Assembly: GCA_032718475.1 (NCBI GenBank)
Contig: JAUCBJ010005185.1
Span: 1 to 57,218 of the forward strand
Direction: 5' to 3'
DNA length: 57,218 nt
Source of the DNA: Nemertoderma westbladi
Lineage: Eukaryota; Animalia; Xenacoelomorpha
Shown: one piece after another, positions 1 to 9,388 of the stretch
Layout: each line of letters begins with the position of its first letter
Position numbering within the stretch: position 1 is the stretch's first letter
Position numbers and translations under genes: made by a program
Notes under the pieces: model-generated
Databases searched by the model: none
What the model saw: only the letters and a program-made list of their open reading frames with translations
Told to the model about the DNA's origin: nothing

Positions 1-1349
1 CATAACGCGGGTTACATATTTTTCGATTTCTTAATTAATGAATGTGCCAATATCGATGGGGGGCACGGGAACAAAAAATTTGGGCACATTTAATAAACTG
101 GGGGCGATTTACGGGCGAAACTTGGGGGGACTTACGGGACGCGGGATACATTTCAGATATATAAGGGCCATGGGTGGGGGGTAAAATCAAGCAATACTCT
201 CGGCTGTCAGGGTTGCCTGATAGTTACTATAGGCCTAGACAGCCTCCTTCTACTTCGGTAGTCGGTAACCCACTAGGTCTGGGGACAAGGACTGCCCTTA
301 GCGGTCCCTGGCCATTGGTGGCGACTGAGCCTGAAAAGGACTCGGGCGTTGCTCGATGTGCTAGGGATTTGCGACGGGACCGACAGATCCTAACCGGTTC
401 CCGGTGTGTTGGCTACGACTGAGCCTGAAAAGGACTCAGGCGGAGTTTTTGCATTGGGGACTTGCGAAGGATCGACTGACAGGTCTGGAATGGTTCCTGG
501 TTGTTGGCGACGACTGAGCCTGAAAGGGACTCGGGCGCCATTCGATAAACCGGGGATTTGTGAAGGGCCGATGACCGGACGGAAAGGAAGGGTTCAACGA
601 GGACTGACACCCTGGCGTGGGCTCCACGACTGGCGTTAGTATGAGCCTGAAAAGGACTCAGAAAGCTCCGATGGTTGGGGCTCACAACAGGCAGACAGAC
701 CCTTAGCTAAGCCGTACCGCTTTCCTGTGGACCGATCCCGTTAGGGTTCGGGAAGGGTGGGACGGACATGCGACAGGGTCGAAAGACAGAGGACCGGACT
801 TTCCTGGCATACCAACTATTCGGAGCGGGTTCTCGACTACTAACGTGATTACGAGCCTGAAAAGGACTCGGAAAGCATAGGTAGTTGGGACCCTGCGACG
901 AACCGACAGAAACCCTAGCTAAGCCGCGCCGCTTTCCTAATGACTGACCCATATGGGATCAGAAAGGGTGGAGTGGACAAGCAAAGGATCGACTGACGCT
1001 AACACTACTGTACCGGGACTCAGGACCGAGGGAAAATGGGGAACATTAGTTAGGTCAAAATCTGAAAGTTAAGCGAACAGTGGGGTAATTAAATAATTTA
1101 CTGTAGGAATTTCATATTGTGTATTATTGTGAATATTTGGTATATTGATGTGGGGAAGCCCCAATTATATCTCAATCAGAGTGCAACAGTTCAAACTGTA
1201 GATCAGAGTTCAAAGTTTAGAGTGCAATATTTCAGGTTGCTACTATTAAAGATTAATATCCAACCAATGAAACTCTTTTCTACCCGCAACTCTGCATTTA
1301 AGATCTCCCCCTTCTCCACCCAAACCCCAAACCAAACTCAACCCAAACA
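1..1349 (+). repeat. 5' LTR (first ~21 bp lie outside the window)
   Basis: 1-~1320 aligns to 12339-~13392. Ends in ...AAACA at 1349, just before the PBS-like sequence. The exact 3' end is less certain because the last ~30 bp do not match the 3' LTR. Confidence 0.85.
327..869 (+). repeat. Cluster of five GAGCCTGAAAAGGACTC hairpin motifs in degenerate ~95-bp and ~210-bp LTR sub-repeats
   Basis: Cores start at 327, 421, 516, 643 and 853. Segments 643-780 and 853-980 are similar to each other. Confidence 0.9.
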
Positions 1350-1359
1350 GTCTAGAACT

Positions 1360-1372
1360 CGTAGTCGGCAGG
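1360..1372 (+). promoter_or_regulatory. Primer binding site, tRNA-Ser-like
   Basis: CGTAGTCGGCAGG is complementary to the 3' end of eukaryotic tRNA-Ser (...CCTGCCGACTACG-CCA) and lies 11 bp after the LTR end. Confidence 0.7.
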
Positions 1373-1399
1373 TCATTAGAAGAGAGTCGTTGGCAGGGA

Positions 1400-1591
1400 A
1401 TGGAAGTATCGATCACACCCATTGATCTAATACAAGTCGAACCAGGAATCTGGCAGATAGAAGTTGAGGTACAGGGAACCAACGTGGGATGATTTAGAAT
1501 CACCTTCCGAGTGGTTCAGGCAGAATACGAGACATACGACGAGCTATTTTATGATATTGCATACCTGGCGATATATGAAGCTCTAGAATGA
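1400..1591 (+). pseudogene. Small upstream ORF (~63 codons, one internal TGA) overlapping the gag ATG
   Basis: Hand translation: MEVSITPIDLIQVEPGIWQIEVEVQGTNVG*FRITFRVVQAEYETYDELFYDIAYLAIYEALE*. The stop and the next start overlap as ATGA at 1588-1591. Confidence 0.4.
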
Positions 1592-3850
1592 TAGAGGAGA
1601 ACGCCTACGATACTGAAGGAATAGACCCTCATACAGACTCAGAAACCAACGAGGTCCCGAATGTAAAGAACATGGCAGGTCGGTTGGGTGCTCTCAAGGG
1701 CGGGGTTACTCGGGCCTATAACCACATCGAGAAACAGCTAAAAGGAGTCGAGGCCCCCCTCAGTGATATACAAACTCAGCTCCAGAAGATCAGGAATACT
1801 CTCCACCGATATGAACGGATGTTGCAATCGTACCAGGAGCTCCTTTCCATTAACCGATGAAGAGAACTACCCCAGGATGGAAGAACACACCACCCACTTG
1901 GAAGAGTTCCATAAACAACATCGAAGGACCCTCAGCCTCGTGAGAGGTTATGAGGAACATTTTTATCAGAGGATCGAAAAGGCGGATGTGGAATCAGTGC
2001 GGACCTCCGGTACCAGGACATTGGTTCCAAGAAAAAGGACTGGGTCCTCGAGGCACGCGCACTCCAGCGCCAGGAGCAAGGTATCTTCAACAATGTGTAG
2101 CTCCCAAGGGGGCCAGCTCCTCCGGGACCAGTTACAGGAACAGAGAGCAAGGGCCATTAAAGCCCGGATGGAAGATGAATTCACTCAATTACAGATCAAA
2201 CAGGATATATTGGTGGAAGGAAGGCGTAAACAGGAGGCCGAACAGCAGGCCGAAATGCGTAAACAGGAGGCCGAAATGCGTCAACAAGATACCGAGGCCC
2301 ATAGACTTCTTATCCACAAAAAGAACGCGGATATTGCTAAACTTGCTGAATATGAGGCCGCACTCATCGAACGAGAACTTCAACTGTGCGAGGACTGGGA
2401 GAAGGGTATAGCACAGGACTATGAACCTGTCCCGGTTCTGGAGCTAGAGAAGTCGTTCACACCACTGGCAGTAAACCCTCCGAAACCCGAATTCCCGCCG
2501 GTCATGCGGTCTAAACTGTCGGCGCAAGCACCGGTTTTCTACCCCCCGCCGGTTACTCTTAAGAATGAGGAACCCGAAGCGACACATGACAGCCTTCGGT
2601 ACGAGCATGAAAAGGACTCGGGAAAAGGTCTCTCATTACCGGAACCTTATTTCACTTCCAATCCTACAGCACCGAGTGTTCACAAGTATGAGCCTGAAAA
2701 GGACTCGGAACGTGACACCACCCCTCGATCCACTAACTCATTTACGTCTACTCCGAAGCTCCGTAACTGCGTCGTTATTAAAACTCCCCCTCTTGCCGAT
2801 CCATCATATGTGGGAGAAAGCGTTAGTAATTACGGACCTCCTAGTCATTCCGGTTCAGACGACATTGGCATCATACGAGCCCTGGAGAATGGTCTGGCTA
2901 TGCTTAAGATGGAAATACGTACCTTCGAGGGCGACCCCATTGAATACCTTGGGTTTAAAAAACGGTTTTTTGCTCAAATCGGATCGACGGACATTACCAA
3001 CGCGCAAAAGCTGGTATATTTGTCCCAGTATCTTGGCGACAAACCACGCCGCATTGTGAGATGTTTTGAAGGAGGATCCCACGAGGCATACCACGATGCA
3101 TGGAAAACGCTCAATAAAAGATATGGCAACGTCGGAACCATAATTAATAAGACGCCTGGATCTCTAGGGGATCCACAGAATATTCAAGAGTTTTCAGACT
3201 CAATGAAAGATGCTTATTATACTCTAAAACCATTGAATAAGGAAGAACAGGTGAATAATATCTTAAATCTCCGACAAATCGCCCAGAAATTTCCTGGATG
3301 GCTATATAGTAAATGGGCATACAAATGTGTGGACCTCCGGCGAAGACATCCGGATCGTGATCCTAGCTTTCTCGAAATGTCGGCATTCCTAGACGATATA
3401 TCAGAGGCCATGAATGACTCAATGTTTTCTAAACAAAGTCTCTCCAAAATGGATGGGATGGAGAGCACTTCTCGGAGCAGGGCACCCGCTCCAAAACCAA
3501 GATTCCGCCCTCCCCCTGTGAGTACGATGGCCATTACCATGGCCGAGGAGTCGGACGATGAGGATTACAAGGAACCAACATCAGCAGAAGAATGGGCATG
3601 CTATTTGGAAAATTGGGCGCCCGAGAGGGAAGGAACAATGGCCTCCCTTATGTGTCTCTTCTGCAGGGATAAGCATAAGCTTGAATTCTGCAGGAAGTTC
3701 CAGTTTGCAGAACTAGTCTCTCACTTTGAAGCGATAATGAAACACCGAGGATGCTTCCGGTGTCTTGGAACAGGTCACTACGTAAGGGAGTGCAAACTGA
3801 GGTCCTGATATGCGGTTTGTAATGATTACGACACCACACGCTCCTCCACA
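1588..3850 (+). pseudogene. gag: BEL/Pao Gag (coiled coil, DUF1759-like core, three zinc knuckles), frameshifted
   Basis: ORFs 1588-1860 and 1763-3808. Motifs TFEGDPIEY, KLVYLSQYL, AWKTLNKRYG; knuckles CLFCRDKHKLEFC, CFRCLGTGHYVREC and a frameshifted CAVC...HHTLLH. Confidence 0.9.
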
Positions 3851-4039
3851 TTCCTGCAAACTTCGACTTTACTACATTACCATTCCGTATTGAATCTAAG
3901 CGGAAAGGGGAAACTAACCATGTCTCAAAGGGCTCTCGGACGATCCAGCGGAAAGAAACGAACCCGTTCAAGGCCACTGCTGACATAGCACCTGTGAACA
4001 GTATATCAGCTACTGTCAACCTGATCAATCGGCGGTATA

Positions 4040-4530
4040 TGGTTTTCTCCAAAGTGATACCGGTGAGAATCTAAGGCTTGGGAAATCCCTGACCGCACTT
4101 GCATTCTTGGATAATGGGTCAGACGGGACCATAATTGACAGGGACTTTCTGGAACATCTGGGCCTAGAATATGAACCTTGTAAACGACCCATACAAACTA
4201 TTACGGACCACAAAGATGTGGAATCCGGCGAGGTGCAACTCAGCGTGGAAGGGGTCATGACGGGCTATGAAAGGGTGAAACTGACCATGAAAAACGCCCT
4301 GGTACACACCGATCTCAGAGTGCGATTCCGACAATCCTCCGAATACGCACCCCTTATACAACTGGATCGGAAGGATATGGACCTAAGATGCCTATCACTA
4401 GACGTCCACAGAATCACACTACCTATAGGACTCGATACACCAGAGTTACATATACCTACTGGAGACATTGCACGTTCCATGAAGCTGGACGATGGTTTCT
4501 ACGCAGAGCGCACCATAATGGGATGGATGC
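4040..4530 (+). pseudogene. pol: Aspartic protease domain of pol
   Basis: ALAFLDNGSDGTII active-site motif; downstream LPIGLD and AERTIMGWML motifs are typical of Pao proteases. Confidence 0.85.
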
Positions 4531-4676
4531 TCTGCGGGATTAAGGAAGAAACCACTGATACCTATACATACCTCCCAAAGTGTCAGATTGAAGGAACCAC
4601 AACCTCCATGGGCCACTGGTCAGTGGCAGATACGAATGAAGACCTATTCTTGGAGGCAGAGAAGACCTAACGGGAG

Positions 4677-5690
4677 ATGACAAAATACTTTAACCTGGAA
4701 ACCCAGGAATTCGCCGAAAAGGCTGAAACCCCATCGGAGGAGGACCGATTTAGCGTGGGCATCCTAGACAAGGCAGTATTTAAGGACGGTCATTGGTGCT
4801 CGCCAATGCTATGGAAAGATCCGGACAGACCAATGGCCAACAATGCTAGTATGGCCTTGAGGAGGCTAAAAGGAATCTTGCATAGGTTGCATGAGCTACC
4901 TGAGGTCAAGGAGAAATATAACAATGTGATTAAGGGATACCTTGAAGATGGGTTAGCGGAGATGGTTCCCCAGGACGAATTGCAGGGGACGAAGAGAACC
5001 TACTATCTTCCTACCCACTACGTGGTAGAGGCCCGGAAGGGCAGTAAGATCCGGGTGGTGAATGACGCTGCAGCCACGTATCAAGGTGAGTCGTTGAATA
5101 GTCAGCTATATACCGGACCCAACATACAGCATGCTAATCGGCGTATTGATCCGATTCCGAGAGAACAAAGTGGCTTTCACATGTGACATCAAGGCAATGT
5201 TTCACCAGGTGAGAACTTTACCACGAGACTCTGATTGCCTCCGTATTCTATGGACAGACAAAACATTAACTCCAAGAAATAAACCAACTTACCTTGGCGG
5301 ATGTGGACGCGATGCGGATGATCGTCCATATTTTTGGTGCGAAGGATTCGCCGGTCGTGTATAGCGACATGTTGAAGAAGACTGCGACCATGTGCGAAAG
5401 TGAGTTCCATCCGACTGTCATCGAGACCATCCGGAGATGTTTCTATGTGGACGACGGATGTGCGGGTGCCGAGAATGTCGAAGAAGCATACCGGCTCGCA
5501 ATCGGAATGGTGGAATGTTTAAAGAGGGGAGGTTTCCCCCTAGTAAAGTTTAGATCGGATAATAAAGAGCTTATGGAAAGGCTCCCGGAAGATATCAAAT
5601 TAGATAATGATAAAATGTACTCCGACGGAATAGACCACCGTGTACTCGGCATTGAATGGGACATAAAAATGGACCAGTTCATCTTCAAAC
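4677..5690 (+). pseudogene. pol: Reverse transcriptase domain of pol, frameshifted
   Basis: [33 protein letters not shown]...[21 protein letters not shown] (5441-5455) and VLGIEWD, spread across three frames. Confidence 0.95.
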
Positions 5691-5755
5691 ACAACCCCCT
5701 ACCTAAACCAATGACAAAGAACCCCTCTTTGTCATTGGTTTGGGTAGGGGGGTGT
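5691..5755. repeat. Fold-back inverted duplication disrupting pol
   Basis: 5695-5720 is the reverse complement of 5726-5751 (one T/G mismatch), with a 5-nt spacer. Confidence 0.9.
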
Positions 5756-5779
5756 CATTGGTCTATTCGTGAAGAGTGC

Positions 5780-6470
5780 CATCTTTGACCCTTTGAATTT
5801 CATATCCCCGGTAACGTTAGCCGGGATGAATCTAATTAAGGAAATGTGGATCGAAGGACTGGGGTGCGATGAAGAACTCCCCCCACACCTAATCGTCAAA
5901 TGGAAGAGGTGAACTGAGCAGCTTGAACAGCTCCATCTCAGGCGAATTCCTCGACCGTTTTTTCTCGATAAACTGCCCACTGACATATTCCAGCTCCATA
6001 CCTTCTTGGATGCCTCGAATACTGGAATCGGAGTGGTTATGTACATCCGGAGGATAAGCCAAGATGGAAACGGTGATGTTAGCTTCTTGTTCTCTAAAGC
6101 GAAGAAGGTATCCGGGGAATTCGTGGCAACCATACCGAGGCCCGAGCTGCAGGCCACAGTCTGGGCCGTAAGACAAAACCGCATGATTATGCGAAACCTG
6201 AGGATCCCCATTGAATCTCAACATTTCAGGGTCGATTCCAGCATAGTGCTCTACTACCTCCATTCACCATCACGACGACACACAACGTTCGTGGCAAACT
6301 GTGCCACAGAGATAAAGCAGTGCACTAATCACGAACAGTGGCGTCACGTAAACGGGAAAGAGAACCCGGCAGACTTATCGAGTCGAGGCGCCACCCCACG
6401 ACAGATCGGTAAAAGTAAACTCTGGCTTGCGGGTCCGGAGTTCTTGAGACATCCGCAATGGACCTGGAGC
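5780..6470 (+). pseudogene. pol: Pao-type RNase H region of pol
   Basis: IFDPL, LHTFLDASNTGIG, TIPRPELQA, FRVDSSIVL, WRHVNGKENPADLSSRG, LWLAGPEFL. Confidence 0.9.
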
Positions 6471-6889
6471 ACCAGGTTTGATCCCGGATTAGAAAGCGGG
6501 AAATACTTGGAGGACGATAAGGAAATCCGCAAGGTCCGTGGGAGCGCCGCCGTGGAGATTTATAGTTGCCTGACTGAGCCTGCAAGTGTCTCGGGCAGGC
6601 ACTATAAGGTCGCAACCACCAAACAACCGGCCGCCTCCTTACGACTCCTCATAGAGCGGACCCCCTCGATGAAACGTCTCATTCATCACGTCATGACGCT
6701 CCGGAATTTCGTGCGGTGGAAGGATAACAAACTGATAGTTCAGCGGAGTGTGCAAGAACTCATTATCGCAGAAAAATGTATTGTAAGATATGTTCAGAAG
6801 GAAAGTTTCCCTGATGAGTGGGAACAGCTCAATGCGGGCAAGACTTTGAAACCAGATAGCCCGGTCTACCAGTTGAGACCCATGTTGGG

Positions 6890-8183
6890 AGAGGACGGAT
6901 TGATCCGCCTTAATACCCAGATGGTGAATGCCAAGGTTGAATATGAAATAAAATATCCGGCGCTCTTACCAGGAACTTCGACATTAGCTAAGCTGCTTGT
7001 TCGACAATGCCATGAAGAGAATTATCACGCGGGCTAAAACTGGATCATGGCCAATATACGTCCACGATACTGGATCACCCATATCCAGCCGCTAATTCAG
7101 AAAGTATTGAAATGGTGCTTCCCTTGTAGGAGATATCTGTCACCACCACTCACCCAAAGAATGGCCGATTTACTGGCCACACGACTCCAATCCGACTCGC
7201 CGCCGTTCTACGTAACTGGCGTAGACTGCTTCGGGCCATTTACAGTCATACAGCGACGATCAAACATTAAATGTTGGGGGGCCATCTTCACATGTCTACG
7301 GCCAAGGGTGAACTACCTGGATCTTGTAGTGAATCTCACTCAGCACGCATTTATCAACGCCCTGCGTCGGTTTGTGGCGAATAATGGTTGGTGCCGGCAC
7401 ATATACTCGGACAATGGAACAAACTTCGTGGGAGGAGAAAGGGAATTAAGAGAGGCTATAGACGGATGGTTCACTAACGAAACCGCGTCACACGTCTGGA
7501 AGGAGCACCACATCCAGTGGCACTTCCAGACACCCTTAGCACCCCATACGAGCGGGGTATGGGAAAAGCACATTGACTTGGTTAAACGGTCCATGCGTAT
7601 CGCGTTAGGGGATACCCGGGTTACTCACAATACCTTACGCACCACATTCTGTGAGATCACGGCTACCCTAAACAACCGCCCAATAGTCCCCATATGTGAC
7701 GACCCTACCAATCTGGAGCCCCTCACCCCCAACCATCGCCTTGGTAGACCCAAGACTCACATACTCCCGGGGGCCATGTTCCCGGATCCCAAAGACACCA
7801 CGAAACATGCAAGTTGGAAGAAAGCCCAAGCGCTGGCAGCGCATTGGTAGAGAATTTGGGCACAGGAGTATCTTATAATGCTTCGAACAAGGAGGAAATG
7901 GAATAACACGTACCGGAATATAGCAGTTGGCAACATGGTACTCGTCAAAGAAGACCTTAAAGACCGCGTTCACTGGCCTGTGGCATGTGTTGTGGAAATA
8001 TTCCCTATCAAAGATGGACTTGCGAGAACGGTGACAATACGAATGGCAAAGGGCCACTACCAACGCCCTATCCAGAGGTTTTGCCTTCTTGAAGGCAATG
8101 ACAGCGGTGAGTCCACAAGAGGTGATACGTTCCCTACTCTGGATCCTGCTGCGGACATTGGTGACAATAACAAACCCGTTTAA
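6890..8183 (+). pseudogene. pol: Integrase (HHCC, DDE core, C-terminal DUF5641-like region), with internal stops
   Basis: CHEENYHAG...CFPC, GVDCFGPF, IYSDNGTNFVG, GVWE, LNNRP, LTPNH, WPVACVVEIFPIKDGLARTV. Confidence 0.95.
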
Positions 8184-8440
8184 CCCTTCCCATCCTGTTG
8201 ACAAACTCTTTAAATGTGACTTACCGACAATGATTATGGACCCCCCTTAAACCAACTGTAACCACGCATGGTATTTGTGTTTCCTTGTGTGTTATGTGGA
8301 GTCCAGCGTCACCCTGCAGATGTTTCGACTGATGCAGGGTAGTTTTTGTTTTGTTCACCCTGATTTTGGTCATCAGGACCAACTACCATGGATTATCGGA
8401 AATGGGAAAGTTTCGAAGTGGAATTCATTGTATCCATTGC

Positions 8441-9195
8441 GTTATTCTGGTGGGTCCCTTGTGCATTCCACATGACTTCGTCGATAGAGACTTTATGTTC
8501 CTCAGCCACGTTAATCTGGTGGGTCCCTGGTGCATTCCACCTGACTTCGTTGGCTAGCTTTATGTTTCTGGGAGTGTTATTCTGGTGGGTCCCTGGTGCA
8601 TTCCACCTGACTTCACTTCCAGCGTTCTATTCATCATCCGTTATGTGTGCAGTTTGGGGCGTAGGCGGTATAACGAGTCCAGCTGTAGATCCCAGACTGC
8701 CGCGTAACACCCCTTCCACAACGAAGAATTCCCAAGAAGATGGTCGAAAGTAGTACGAAATGATGAAAGGAAACAGATAACTCTACTATAAACTGAATGA
8801 TGACGCTACTATTATGATGATGATAATGTGAAAATGCGCATCCCTGGTGTCTTGCACTTATAACTGAATGGTGGCACGTAATATTATGATAATGTGATAA
8901 TGCGCATCCCTGGTGTCTTGCACTTATAACCCAATAATGATAGCCGGGGGGCTATAAACCCAATGAAATGATGAAATAAATGATGAAATGATGAAATAAA
9001 TGATGAAATGTGAAATAAATGATGAAATGCTAGTGTGAAATAAATGAAATGAAATGAAATTTGAAATGAATAAACTGTATAAATGAAAAAGAAAAAAAAA
9101 AGGTATAAAATGTAGAAAAGAAAAAGAAGAAATAAAATGGGATAAAAAAGTTAAAAAAGAAATGGTCATAAAAAGTAAAAAACAAGAAAAAACTG
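8441..9195 (+). repeat. Repeat-rich spacer between pol and the extra ORF
   Basis: Three copies of GTTATTCTGGTGGGTCCCTGGTGCATTCCACCTGACTTC (8441, 8510, 8576). Two ~68-bp copies ending ATGCGCATCCCTGGTGTCTTGCACTTATAAC (~8790-8930). A TGAAA/TGA run (8963-9070) and an A-rich tract follow. Confidence 0.85.
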
Positions 9196-9388
9196 GTTGG
9201 GTAATAATGGATTGCTATAGTAACTGTGAATGTTGAACTTAGCGTCAATCAGATGACAGATACCTATACAGCAGTATAATATCACCTATATTAAATAACA
9301 GAAGAAAAAATTCTGCAGTTACTATAGAATTCAGACTATCTAGATTTATAATTAACTGAATTAATTTGTAACGGACGTAATTTACAAT

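Noticed and set aside
327-869. LTR repeats as a CRISPR-like array or as hammerhead ribozymes
   Set aside because: The intervening segments are related to one another and irregular in length. CTGA...GAAA is present but without the CUGANGA core and three-stem arrangement.
174-1503. Short ORFs within the 5' LTR, and their 3' LTR counterparts at 12132-13487
   Set aside because: Frames are not preserved between the two LTRs and no domains are recognisable.
8924-9248. Phe/Ile/Ser-rich minus-strand ORFs as membrane proteins
   Set aside because: They are translations of the low-complexity TGAAA/A-rich tract.
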